A stretch of DNA of 64,000 nt, from positions 33,356,001 to 33,420,000 of the forward strand of contig OZ024754.1 of NCBI GenBank assembly GCA_964016885.1. Direction: 5' to 3'. How positions within the stretch are numbered: the first letter of the stretch is position 1; each line of letters starts with the position of its first letter. A program made the position numbers and the translations under genes. The notes beneath the pieces were generated by a model that was not told the DNA's origin, searched no databases, and worked only from the letters and a program-made list of their open reading frames with translations. This document shows positions 1 through 15,587 of this stretch, piece after piece. The stretch comes from Eledone cirrhosa (lineage: Eukaryota).

Positions 1-4
1 TATA

Positions 5-74
<70 letters not shown>

Positions 75-201
75 TGTGTGTTCGCGTGTGTGTATACACA
101 TACATATATATATTAGATATATGTGTGTGTATGTGTGTGTGTGTGGGTGTGTTTGTATATATATATATATATACATATAGATGTGTATGTGTGTATACAT
201 A

Positions 202-278
202 AACGGTGTCCCCCCAAAATATATACGTATATTTACTAGAATGTTGTTGAAGTGTGTATACATTTTTGGGACTCCCTG
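202..278. mobile_element. Degenerate mini Tc1/mariner-type MITE (TIR pair only)
   Basis: Left ACGGTGTCCCCCCAAAATATATAC resembles the reverse complement of right AAGTGTGTATACATTTTTGGGACTCCCTG (CAGGG(T/A)GTCCCAAAA-type TIR); lies in TA/TG repeats. Confidence 0.5.
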
Positions 279-437
279 TGTGTATATATATATATATATA
301 TATTTAATGCAATGAAATACCAATGACCGTTGGCAAATCACTGATGGGGGACTCATTTTATAACATGTTATCCATGTGCAACCATGCAGTATTCTTCTCC
401 CCATATTTTTCACATATATATATATATATATATATAT

Positions 438-645
438 AACGAAGGAAATGTGGTAAGGAACCAGGTGGACCATAACGCACCAAAGTACTCAATACTTAGG
501 GTAGTAGAGTTGGTAATAGGAACGAGTAGGACCCCGACGGCTGAGCTCAAGCCGTTTCGACGGCTAATTCTGGACGCTAATTCTGGTCCAGAATTAGCCG
601 TCGAAACGGCTTGATCTCAGCCGTCGGGGTCTTACTCGTTCCTAT
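438..645 (-). mobile_element. Hairpin-plus-tail element family 1 (PLE-derived, half hammerhead), copy 1
   Basis: Inverted arms ~516-575 / 586-645 with about 2 mismatches; unique tail 438-515; flanked by (TA)n; related copy in opposite orientation at 44680-44879; contains GAAA-CGGCT-loop-AGCCG-TC (hammerhead stem III + GUC). Confidence 0.7.
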
Positions 646-828
646 ATATATATATTAGAAAGTGAGGTTTTTTTTACAAAATGAAAAATAACCGAGGTGT
701 CCTACACGAGTGAAAGTATAAAGAAAAAAAGATGAAATCGAAAATGCAACTGGAGTCTTATTTTTTTTTTAAATATATATATTTATTTGGTTCCTTATAT
801 ATATAAATACATATATATATATATATAT

Positions 829-886
<58 letters not shown>

Positions 887-933
887 TTATATATACACAC
901 ATATATATATATATATACATTTATATGTATGTG

Positions 934-1034
<101 letters not shown>

Positions 1035-1589
1035 GTATATATATGTATACATTTATATGTGTGTGTGTGTGTAATATATATATATATATATATATATATT
1101 CATATACGCATGCCTTCAACAAACACACGTGTGCACGTGTGTTTTCCAAGGGTAAAATAATTACGAGGCTGATGATTGGAAGAGAGTGTCGATATAGATA
1201 GATAGACAGATATTAGATGAGAGGGAGAGACGGGGAAAGAGAGAGTGAGAGAGGGAGAGAGAGGGTGGTTGAGAGACAGAAAGAGATAGAGAGTGTCGAT
1301 ATAGATAGATAGATATTAGTTGAGAGGGAGAGACGGGGAGTGAGAGTGAGGGAGAGAGAGAGGAAGTGAGAGAGAGAGAGAGGGGGTTGAGAGACAGAAA
1401 GAGATAGGAAGTGTCGATATAGATGGATAGTTATTAGTTGAGAGAGAGAGAGAGGGAGTGAGAGAGAGAGAGGGAGAGAGAGAGAAAGAGAGAGAGAGGG
1501 AGAGAGAGAAAGAGAGGGAAAGAGTGAGTGCGTGAGGATGTGTATGAATGAGAGAGGGACAGAGAGTAGAAGAAAGATGGGTGGTGATA

Positions 1590-4500
1590 TGTGAGGGAGA
1601 GGGGGACAGTTGTGATGTGTATGAAATGTGGGAGGGATAGGGGGACAGTTGTGATGTTTATGTAATGTGGCAGGGAGACGTGGACAGTTGTGACGTTTAT
1701 GTAATGTGGGAGGGAGAGGGGGACAGGTGTGACGTTTATGAAATGTGGGAGGGAGAGGGGGACAGTTGTGATGTTTATGTAATGTGGCAGGGAGACGGGG
1801 ACAGTTGTGACGTTTATGTAATGTGGGAGGGAGAGGGGGACAGTTGTGACGTTTATGAAATGTGGGAGGGAGAGGGGGACAGTTGTGATGTGTATGTAAT
1901 GTGGGAGAGAGAGGGGGACAGTTGTGATGTGTATGTAATGTGGGAGGGAGAGGGGGACAGTTGTGATGTGTATGTAATGTGGGAGGGAGAGACAGTTGTG
2001 ATGTGTATGCAATGTGGGAGAGAGAGGGGGACAGTTGTGATGTGTATGTAATGTGGGAGAGAGAGGGGGACAGTTGTGATATGTATGTAATGTGGGAGGG
2101 AGAGACAGTTGTGATGTGTATGAAATGTGGGAGGGAGAGGGGGGCAGTTGTGATGTGTATGAAATGTGGGAGAGAGAAGGGGACAGTTGTGATGTGTATG
2201 TAATGTGGGAGGGAGAGGGGGACAGTTGTGATGTGTATGTAATGTGGGAGAGAGAGAGACAGTTGTGATGTGTATGTAATGTGGGAGGGAGAGACAGTTG
2301 TGATGTTTATGAAATGTGGGAGGGAGAGGGGGACAGTTGTGATGTGTATGTAATGTGGGAGGGAGAGGGGGACAGATGTGATGTGTATGTAATGTGGGAG
2401 AGCGAGAGACAGTTGTGATGTGTATGTAATGTGGGAGGGAGAGACAGTTGTGATGTGTATGTAATGTGGGAGGGAGAGGGGGACAGTTGTGATGTGTATG
2501 TAATGTGGGAGGGAGAGGGGGGCAGTTGTGATGTGTATGTAATGTGGGAGGGAGAGGGGGACAGTTGTGATGTGTATGTAATGTGGGAGGGAGAGACAGT
2601 TGTGATGTGTATGTAATGTGGGAGGGAGAGGGGGACAGTTGTGATGTGTATGTAATGTGGGAGGGAGAGGGGGACAGTTGTGATGTGTATGTAATGTGGG
2701 AGGGAGAGGGGGACAGTTGTGATGTGTATGTAATGTGGGAGGGAGAGGGGGACAGTTGTGATGTGTATGTAATGTGGGAGGGAGAGACAGTTGTGATGTG
2801 TATGTAATGTGGGAGGGAGAGGGGGACAGTTGTGATGTGTATGTAATGTGGGAGGGAGAGGGGGACAGTTGTGATGTGTATGTAATGTGGGAGGGAGAGG
2901 GGGACAGTTGTGATGTGTATGTAATGTGGGAGCGAGAGACAGTTGTGATGTGTATGTAATGTGGCAGGGAGAGGGGGACAGTTGTGATGTGTATGAAATG
3001 TGGGAGGGAGAGGGGGACAGTTGTGATGTGTATGTAATGTGGGAGGGAGAGACAGTTGTGATGTGTATGTAATGTGGGAGGGAGAGGGGGACAGTTGTGA
3101 TGTGTATGTAATGTGGGAGGGAGAGGGGGACAGTTGTGATGTGTATGTAATGTGGGAGGGAGAGACAGTTGTGATGTGTATGTAATGTGGGAGGGAGAGG
3201 GGTACAGTTGTGATGTGTATGTAATGTGGGAGGGAGAGGGGGACAGTTGTGATGTGTATGTAATGTGGGAGGGAGAGACAGTTGTGATGTGTATGAAATG
3301 TGGGAGGGAGAGGGGGACAGTTGTGATGTGTATGTAATGTGGGAGAGCGAGAGACAGTTGTGATGTGTATGTAATGTGGGAGGGAGAGACAGTTGTGATG
3401 TTTATGAAATGTGGGAGGGAGAGGGGGACAGTTGTGATGTGTATGTAATGTGGGAGGGAGAGGGGGACAGTTGTGATGTGTATGTAATGTGGGAGGGAGA
3501 GGGGGACAGTTGTGATGTTTATGTAATGTGAGAGGGAGAGGGGGACAGTTGTGATGTGTATGAAATGTGGGAGGGAGAGGGGGACAGTTGTGATGTGTAT
3601 GTAATGTGGGAGGGAGAGGGGGACAGTTGTGATGTGTATGTAATGTGGCAGGGAGAGGGGGACAGTTGTGATGTGTATGAAATGTGGGAGGGAGAGGGGG
3701 ACAGTTGTGATGTGTATGAAATGTGGGAGGGAGAGGGGGACAGTTGTGATGTTTATGTAATGTGGCAGGGAGACGGGGACAGTTGTGACGTTTATGTAAT
3801 GTGGGAGGGAGAGGGGGACAGTTGTGACGTTTATGAAATGTGGGAGGGAGAGGGGGACAGTTGTGATGTGTATGTAATGTGGGAGAGAGAGGGGGACAGT
3901 TGTGATGTGTATGTAATGTGGGAGGGAGAGGGGGACAGTTGTGATGTGTATGTAATGTGGGAGAGAGAGGGGGACAGTTGTGATGTGTATGTAATGTGGG
4001 AGGGAGAGGGGGACAGTTGTGATGTGTATGTAATGTGGGAGGGAGAGACAGTTGTGATGTGTATGCAATGTGGGAGAGAGAGGGGGACAGTTGTGATGTG
4101 TATGTAATGTGGGAGGGAGAGACAGTTGTGATGTGTATGTAATGTGGGAGAGAGAGGGGGACAGTTGTGATGTGTATGTAATGTGGGAGGGAGAGACAGT
4201 TGTGATGTGTATGAAATGTGGGAGGGAGAGGGGGGCAGTTGTGATGTGTATGAAATGTGGGAGAGAGAGGGGGACAGTTGTGATGTGTATGTAATGTGGG
4301 AGGGAGAGGGGGACAGTTGTGATGTGTATGTAATGTGGGAGAGAGAGAGACAGTTGTGATGTGTATGTAATGTGGGAGGGAGAGACAGTTGTGATGTTTA
4401 TGAAATGTGGGAGGGAGAGGGGGACAGTTGTGATGTGTATGTAATGTGGGAGGGAGAGGGGGACAGATGTGATGTGTATGTAATGTGGGAGAGCGAGAGA

Positions 4501-6345
4501 CAGTTGTGATGTGTATGTAATGTGGGAGGGAGAGACAGTTGTGATGTGTATGTAATGTGGGAGGGAGAGGGGGACAGTTGTGATGTGTATGTAATGTGGG
4601 AGGGAGAGGGGGGCAGTTGTGATGTGTATGTAATGTGGGAGGGAGAGGGGGACAGTTGTGATGTGTATGTAATGTGGGAGGGAGAGACAGTTGTGATGTG
4701 TATGTAATGTGGGAGGGAGAGGGGGACAGTTGTGATGTGTATGTAATGTGGGAGGGAGAGGGGGACAGTTGTGATGTGTATGTAATGTGGGAGGGAGAGG
4801 GGGACAGTTGTGATGTGTATGTAATGTGGGAGGGAGAGGGGGACAGTTGTGATGTGTATGTAATGTGGGAGGGAGAGACAGTTGTGATGTGTATGTAATG
4901 TGGGAGGGAGAGGGGGACAGTTGTGATGTGTATGTAATGTGGGAGGGAGAGGGGGACAGTTGTGATGTGTATGTAATGTGGGAGGGAGAGGGGGACAGTT
5001 GTGATGTGTATGTAATGTGGGAGCGAGAGACAGTTGTGATGTGTATGTAATGTGGCAGGGAGAGGGGGACAGTTGTGATGTGTATGAAATGTGGGAGGGA
5101 GAGGGGGACAGTTGTGATGTGTATGTAATGTGGGAGGGAGAGACAGTTGTGATGTGTATGTAATGTGGGAGGGAGAGGGGGACAGTTGTGATGTGTATGT
5201 AATGTGGGAGGGAGAGGGGGACAGTTGTGATGTGTATGTAATGTGGGAGGAAGAGACAGTTGTGATGTGTATGTAATGTGGGAGGGAGAGGGGTACAGTT
5301 GTGATGTGTATGTAATGTGGGAGGGAGAGGGGGACAGTTGTGATGTGTATGTAATGTGGGAGGGAGAGACAGTTGTGATGTGTATGAAATGTGGGAGGGA
5401 GAGGGGGACAGTTGTGATGTGTATGTAATGTGGGAGAGCGAGAGACAGTTGTGATGTGTATGTAATGTGGGAGGGAGAGACAGTTGTGATGTTTATGAAA
5501 TGTGGGAGGGAGAGGGGGACAGTTGTGATGTGTATGTAATGTGGGAGGGAGAGGGGGACAGTTGTGATGTGTATGTAATGTGGGAGGGAGAGGGGGACAG
5601 TTGTGATGTTTATGTAATGTGGGAGGGAGAGGGGGACAGTTGTGATGTGTATGAAATGTGGGAGGGAGAGGGGGACAGTTGTGATGTGTATGTAATGTGG
5701 GAGGGAGAGGGGGACAGTTGTGATGTGTATGTAATGTGGCAGGGAGAGGGGGACAGTTGTGATGTGTATGAAATGTGGGAGGGAGAGGGGGACAGTTGTG
5801 ATGTTTATGAAATGTGGGAGGGAGAGGGGGACAGTTGTGATGTGTATGTAATGTGGCAGGGAGAGGGGGACAGTTGTGATGTGTATGTAATGTGGGAGGG
5901 AGAGGGGGACAGTTGTGATGTGTATGTAATGTGGGAGGGAGAGGGGGACAGTTGTGATGTTTATGTAATGTGGGAGGGAGAGGGGGACAGTTGTGATGTG
6001 TATGAAATGTGGGAGGGAGAGGGGGACAGTTGTGATGTGTATGTAATGTGGGAGGGAGAGGGGGACAGTTGTGATGTGTATGTAATGTGGGAGAGAGAGG
6101 GGGACAGATGTGATGTGTACGAAATGTAGGAGGGAGAGGGGGACAGTTGTGATGTGTATGTAATGTGGGAGGGAGAGGGGGACAGTTGTGATGTGTATGT
6201 AATGTGGGAGGGAGAGGGGGACAGTTGTGATGTTTATGTAATGTGGGAGAGAGAGACAGTTGTGATGTGTATGTAATGTGGGAGGGAGAGGGGGACAGTT
6301 GTGATGTGTATGTAATGTGGGAGAGCGAGAGACAGTTGTGATGTG
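1590..6345. repeat. 39/37-bp G-rich minisatellite (GACAGTTGTGATGTGTATGTAATGTGGGAGGGAGAGGGG)n with ~2.09 kb higher-order duplication
   Basis: Direct tandem units; rare variants recur at a 2091-bp offset (GACAGATGT at 2371/4462, GGTACAG at 3201/5292). Confidence 0.97.
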
Positions 6346-6399
6346 CCTGTATGAGTGGGTTTATGTCGTCGTCGTTGTTGTTTTCAATTACTATGATTA

Positions 6400-6945
6400 A
6401 CCGTGGGAATGATAGTGAGATTTGGAACTTCGTGGGACCTTTGTGGGAGCTTCATGGGAACTTCGTGGGAACTTTGTGGGCACATTATGGGAATTTTTCC
6501 AAAGTTTGTGGGGACTTCGTGGGGACGTTGTGGGAACTTCGTTGGAACTTCGTGAGAACTTCGTGGGACCTTTGTAGGAGCTTCGTGGGAACTTTGTGAC
6601 AACTTCGTGGAAACTTCACGGGAACCTTGTGGGCACTTCATGGGAACTTTGCCAGAAATTTGTGGGGCCTTTATGGGGACTTTGTGGGAACTTTGTGGTA
6701 ACATTGTGGGAAGTTTGTGGGAACATCGAGGGAACTGTGTGGGAACTTTGTGGGAACATCGTGGAAACCTTGTTGGAACTTTCTGGGAACCTTGTGGGAA
6801 CTTTGTGGGAACATCGTGAGAACTGTGTGGGAACTTTGTGGGAACATCGTGGTAACCCTGTGGGAACTCTGTGGGAACATCGTGGGAACTTTGAGGGAAC
6901 CTTGTGGGAACTTTGTGGGAACATCGTGGGAAATTTGTGGGCCTT
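6400..6945. repeat. Degenerate ~11-bp tandem repeat (GTGGGAAC(T/A)T(T/C))n
   Basis: Visible tandem units. Confidence 0.9.
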
Positions 6946-7874
6946 TATATTTACTATTCACATCTATGTAGATCTAAAGGAATACCCATTTTGGTTAGTA
7001 ACAACAATGGTTGCAGCACATATTCTTATTTAATGTCGTGGCGTTAATGTTTCTGTTCGTGGTCAAGTTGGATTTTTTTTTTATAATTGTTGATATTTTA
7101 TTATGGGTTTTTATCTTGGGAGGAGGGGCGGGGGGGATCATATTCTTTGATCCATAGGGAGTTCTATTGTTTGGGGTTCTTGGATTACTTTTATCTCTAT
7201 ACTATTGTGGTCCTGAATTCCATCTTTAGGGCTTCTTTTTCATACATCTCCCTCCTCACATTTCCATTCATTTGTATTTGGGGGGGCTGTATGGTCCTCA
7301 ATCAGTTTTTGTTGGTCAGTTTTTTTTTTGTCTTTTAAGGCTGGGTTTTTTTTTTAGTTTTATTGTTTAATTTTTCTGTCTTGAGATAAGTTGGCTCTGT
7401 TTTCATTGTTTAACTTCTTCTAATTATTGTTGTTGTTGATGTTGTTGTTGTATTCCATAGAAGTAGAAAGGGAAACCTGAAAATAACGGAGCCTAACAAG
7501 TAAAAATGTATATATTATATATGTGTGTATGTATATATATATATATATGTGTGTATGTATGTGTGTGTGTATATATATATATTATTATATTACTCCATTG
7601 CGTGTTCCAACCGACAAGCTGGGGCCATGCTGGGGCATGTATTTCTAGCAATAATTAGAGGAAGTGGAGTGATAGCTAGCAAAGGTGGTAGGAACAATGA
7701 CAACCTTAGTGATGATGCTAATGGTGATGATGATAGGAACTGGGATCTTGATGGGGAGGGGGGTATTGTTGACAGTGGCGGTGGGGGGGAGGGGCGTTGG
7801 TGATGATAAAACATAGCAAACGAAGAGTAGTAAAACCAACAACAACAGTAGCGCCAAATACAATGATTACGTCT

Positions 7875-8397
7875 TCACCACCACCATCATCATCATCATC
7901 ATCATCATCATCATTATTATCACCATCATCATCACCATCATCATCATCACCATCATCACCATCACCATCATCACAACAACAGAAGCAACACCGACGACGA
8001 TGAGAACTTCTTCGCCATCATCACCATCATCACCATCATCACCATCATCACCATTACCATCTTCACCACCATCAGCATCATCATCATCTTCTTCACCATC
8101 ATCACCGCCATCAACGTCATCATCATCATCACCATCATCACCATCACCATCACCATCATCACCGTCATCGTCATCATCATCATTGTCATCATCACCATCA
8201 TCATTATCATCATCACCACCACAATCTTCATCATAATCATCATCATCTTCACCATCAGCATCACCACCACCATCATCATTATTATTGTCATGAGCAGCAC
8301 CACCACCAACAACAACAACAACAACAAGTACGACAGATATAACGTCGGCGACGTTCACAACATCATCATAACCGCCATCGTTATTTTTGTCATGAGC

Positions 8398-8487
<90 letters not shown>

Positions 8488-8864
8488 CAGCACTACCACT
8501 ACTACTACTAAGACAACAACTACTACAACAACAACAACGTCGAGAACACGAGAAGGTGTGATCAATAACAGCTATAAATAAATGAATTAGCAATTAGCCG
8601 ATTACGGAGAATATGACAAGACTGTGAAATAGGAGGGGAGGTTGTCAACAACAACAGAAGGAGCAGCGGCGGCGGCGGCGGCAGCAACAACAACAACATC
8701 AACAAGAGCAATAACAATAACAGCAAAAACAACAGCAACAACAACAACAGCAACAACAAAAACAGCAACAACAACAACAACAACATCAACAACACCAACA
8801 ACAACAACAACAACACCAACAACAACAACAACATCAACAACACCAACAACAACATCAACAACAC

Positions 8865-8896
<32 letters not shown>

Positions 8897-8945
8897 CCAT
8901 CAACAACAACAACATCAACAACACCAACAACATCAACAACAACAC

Positions 8946-9000
<55 letters not shown>

Positions 9001-9074
9001 ACCAACAACAAAAGCAACAACAGCAACAACACCAACAACAACAGCAACAACACCAACAACATCAACAACAACAC

Positions 9075-9129
<55 letters not shown>

Positions 9130-9393
9130 ACCAACAACAAAAGCAACAACAGCAACAACACCAACAACAACAGCAACAACACCAACAACATCAACAACAA
9201 CACCAACAACAACATCAACAACACCAACAACAACAACACCAACAACAACATCAACAACACCAACAACAACAACTAAAACTAGAGCATTTAAAACCTTGTC
9301 AACGACAATACCAACACCAATAACAACAACAACACCAACTACAGCAACACCACCAACAACAACACCAACTACATCAACAACAACAACAACAGC

Positions 9394-9428
<35 letters not shown>

Positions 9429-9490
9429 CTATACCAACAACAACAACAACAACTATACGAACAACAACAACAATCACAACTACAACTGCT
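7875..9490. repeat. Compound trinucleotide microsatellites (CAT/CAC, CAA, CTA, CAA/CAC)
   Basis: Direct inspection; source of the poly-S/T/V/M pseudo-ORFs. Confidence 0.95.
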
Positions 9491-9844
9491 GGGGGGTGGC
9501 GTTGGTGGTGATGATGATAGTGGTGGGTTGGGGTCGGGGTGGGGGTGACGTTGGTGATGATGGTGGGGGGGGTGAAGACGTCGACGACGAAGAGAATCAT
9601 GTGGAAGCGATTTCTTAAGCAAGAAGATAAAAACTAAGAAAAAGCCGAATTCCAATAAATGGGGGGGGGGGGTAACAACAACAATAACAACTACTACAGA
9701 ATTCGAGAGGTGTTTCCAATGGTACACACGCATACACACACACACACACACATGTTCATGCACACGTAGACACGGGCACATATGTGTACACTAAAAACGT
9801 ATTCATATATATTTCTATGTCTGTATATAGATGTGTGCGTGCTT

Positions 9845-11660
<1,816 letters not shown>

Positions 11661-12449
11661 TCAACAATAATAATAATAATATTTTGTTTTTAGTCAGTTG
11701 TTGTTGTTTTGTCTTTTTGTCTTTCTTTATTCATATAATGGCGGTCCTTTTTTAAAACGAAAATTGCGGCAATTAAAGATAGTTACCATGAAAACAACAT
11801 TATAATGGCTTCCTATAAAACTCATTGTTCTATTTGAACTTGCTTCTATTTCTGTGATATTCTCTTATAGGAACCCACCTCTTATTCTCATCATCAGGCG
11901 AGATTCTGCTTTTCTTTCGACGGCCGCCATCAAAAGAAACTATACAAGACGAAGGAGACCGACATTACCTTTCGTCTACAAAAATTTATTCAGACCTTTT
12001 ATGCAGCCGCCATCTTAAGTTGACTGTTTATACAGTTTTCTCCCCCTACCTCGCTATTCATTCAGATATCTTTATTTATATTTCGTTTATATTAATGATT
12101 ATATTATAATTAGACTACATATTATTATTCTAACTCTTATTGTTTTGTTTTGGTGGGGTTTTTCGGGGGGTTTTTTTTGGTTTTTTTGTTAATCTTGTTG
12201 TTGCTATTATTACTTGTAGTAGTCGTGGTGGTAGTGATAGTGTTGTTGTCGTTATTGTTTGCAACAACAACAACACCAAAAAACGCAACAATAACAATAA
12301 TAAGAATGATAATCATGTCTTTATTTGCCACAAGGGTATGAAGATGGTTTAGTCACAGTATGTTCGTATTATCATTAAACCATTGAAACAGATAAAGAAA
12401 TGGTTATTATTGATATTACTGGCTTGCGTTCATGTTATTATGATTGTTG

Positions 12450-12481
<32 letters not shown>

Positions 12482-12567
12482 GGTGGTGGTGGTGGTGGTG
12501 GTGGTGGTGGTGGTGGTGGTGGTGGTGGTGTTATTATTATTATTTTTTTTATTGTTGTTAGTGATAG

Positions 12568-12782
12568 GGCGGTGGATTGGCAGTATCGGTAGAGCGTCGG
12601 ATAACATGCTTTGCAGCACAGAGTTACGGTCCTTTACGGTCTGCGTTCAAATTCCGCCGAGGTTAACTTTGCTTTTCGTCCTTACGGGGTCGATAAAATA
12701 AAGTACCAGTCACGCACTGGGGTCGATTTAATCAACTTTCTCCCTCCCCCAAATTGCTGGCCTTGTGCCAGTAGTAGAAATC
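12568..12782 (+). mobile_element. tRNA-derived SINE family S1 (long form), octopus-type
   Basis: A-box-like TGGCAGTATCGG; B-box GTTCAAATTCC; body CTTTGCYTTTCRTCCTTACGGGGTCGATAAAATAAAGTACCAG (Meta-domain-like); 3' end GCTGGCCTTGTGCC..GTAGAAA; more than 12 copies in the window. Confidence 0.9.
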
Positions 12783-12821
12783 CTTATGGTTGTTAATATT
12801 ATCATTATTGTTGTTAGTGTT

Positions 12822-12869
<48 letters not shown>

Positions 12870-12959
12870 ATCGATAGAGTAGTGGTTTGGTAGAGGCGTT
12901 AGAGCCTCGGACAGACGCGTAGCAGTTTATGTTCGATCTCTTTGTCGTTATTGTTAAGT

Positions 12960-13295
12960 CGGTGGATTGGCAGTATCGGTAGAGAGTTGAACACCATGCT
13001 CTGCAGCATAGAGTTACGGTCCTTTACGTTCTGAGTTCAAATCCAGCTGGTCAATTTTGTCTTTCATCTTTTCGGGGTCGATAAAATAAAGTACCAGTTA
13101 ATTAGTTAGATCTATATAACGTTCGCCTTCACCCCAAAATTGCTGACCTTTAGCCAGGCAGTATCGGTAGAGCGTCGAACGAAATGCTTTGCGGCCTATA
13201 GACACGACCCGATACGTTCTGAGTTCAAATCTCCACGAGGTTGATAAAACTTACTGGGTTGATGAAACAAGATGGCTGTAACGCACTGGGGACGG
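12960..13295 (+). mobile_element. Two adjacent diverged S1 SINE copies
   Basis: GGCAGTATCGGTAGAG heads near 12969 and 13157, each followed by GAGTTCAAATC. Confidence 0.8.
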
Positions 13296-13679
13296 GTAGA
13301 GATATTTTACCCTTCCTAGTAGTAGTAGTAGTAATAGTAGTAGTAGTAGTAGTAGTAGTAGAGGTGGTGGTGGTGCTAGACATCGTAGTAGTAGTAGTAG
13401 TAGTAGTAGAGGTGGCGGTGGTAGTAGATGTAATAGTAGCAGTAGTAGTAGTATGCTGTTTTTTGCTCCTTTTGTTTCGGTTACAATTTATTGTTTGTCT
13501 TAGTGTTTTCCCCAACACCAGTCCGCCATATTTGTAGTTTCTGACCATGTATTGCTCTTTACTACTTATAATTACACACACACACACACGCATGTATATA
13601 TATATATACTATATATATATATACTATATATGCATATATATTATGTATACATATACATATATATACATATACTATATAC

Positions 13680-13766
<87 letters not shown>

Positions 13767-13928
13767 CAATATATACACATATATATATATATACTATATA
13801 TACACATATATATACTATATATACACAAATATATATATACTATACACACATATATATATACTATATATACATATACTATATATATATATATATATATGCA
13901 TATATATATATATACTATATATACTATA

Positions 13929-14533
13929 TGGTGGCTGCCAACTCGTTTTCGAGTATGGCCACTACTTTCTATCCATGTAGGAGAACCCCTACCGATTCAC
14001 TGAACGAGTGTGACTTTTTAGTCCAGCCAGCGACTTGATAACTCTGTTACAAACATAACACTTGCGACAATTATTGACACATAGTGCTGGGCCCATGGTA
14101 CCATGTGACAAGTGCAGAGAGATCTCCAGATACAAAGCAATGCCTGTGCCGTGAAGCTTTTATAGTGAGCAAAGGCACTGCACAAAGCCAGTCCCACTCT
14201 CTTAACCAAGATGATATTTACCAAAAAGAAGAACAAGTCAACATCATTGGATACCATCAAGGTTGCAGGTGTTATATCAGAGTTTTCCTTCTCCTAGAAT
14301 TCTGCCTTGACAAAGGCTAAGGGGTCATATCTCCCGGTGATTTTGGATGGCAATTGACTCTGAAGAGCTCCTTTGCCCTTTGACAGGTTTTGTTTTTAGT
14401 CCTGCAGGATGTCCAATGTGACCCTCCTCACCAGGAAACCTTGATGGGGTTGCCAGTTTAGTCGCCAACGACCCGACCATGAGACAGGTTGTACTGGGAT
14501 ACATGGTGCCAGTAGCACCAACTGGTGACCTGA
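13929..14533 (-). mobile_element. Non-autonomous RTE-related element (RTE 5'UTR / Ceph-domain-like)
   Basis: Minus strand carries CTAGGAGAAGGAAAACTCTGA, which I recall as an RTE 5'UTR motif; shares that motif and GCACAGGCATTGCTT with 40880-41222. Confidence 0.5.
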
Positions 14534-14602
14534 CATATATATACTATATATACACATATATATACACATATATATATATACATATACTATATATACATAT
14601 TC

Positions 14603-14696
<94 letters not shown>

Positions 14697-14700
<4 letters not shown>

Positions 14701-14920
14701 GGTAAATAGAAATAACAACCCAATCGGTACAGTATATGGAAGGAATATATTAGGTTAATGCTTGAAATAGCAGGCAATGGGTCACGACGTTTCGGACGCA
14801 TGTCGTTAATCAGAAGAAAGAATGAAAAATAAGATAGATTGAGGAGACGGGCAGGGTGGAATTTAAAAAATGAAAAATGTCTTTAGATAAAAATAACAGG
14901 TCCATTCTTGTTGACATCTC
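14697..14920 (-). mobile_element. Probable PLE 3'-end remnant with decayed hammerhead
   Basis: Minus strand CTGATTA-ACGACATGCGTCC-GAAA-CG-TC at ~14786-14813, between (TG)n and (TA)n; stem I not evident. Confidence 0.35.
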
Positions 14921-14944
14921 ATATTATATATACACATAAACATA

Positions 14945-15068
<124 letters not shown>

Positions 15069-15166
15069 TATATATACATATACTATATATATATATATAC
15101 ACATATATATATATATACATATACATATATATATACATATATATATACATATACATATATACATAC

Positions 15167-15199
<33 letters not shown>

Positions 15200-15255
15200 C
15201 ATATATACATATACATATATACATATATACATATACACATATACATATATACATA

Positions 15256-15346
<91 letters not shown>

Positions 15347-15533
15347 TATACATATATATACATATATATATACACACAGATATATATACATATATACATA
15401 TATATATATATACATATATATATATATGTACACACATATATATATATACATATATATATATATGTTACTTTTGGAATTATCCTAGTATATATGCATATAT
15501 ATGCATATATATATATACATATATATATATGCA

Positions 15534-15565
<32 letters not shown>

Positions 15566-15587
15566 CATATATATATATGCATATATA

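Noticed and set aside
1213-6129. 951-aa and related long ORFs
   Set aside because: Translations of the 39-bp minisatellite; the unit length is divisible by 3 and frames switch at the 37-bp units
8642-9511. Mucin-like poly-Thr ORF
   Set aside because: A (CAA)n microsatellite open in several frames and on both strands; no signal peptide or unique domain
12568-12660. tRNA genes
   Set aside because: The A/B boxes belong to SINE heads; there is no cloverleaf and they are always followed by the SINE body
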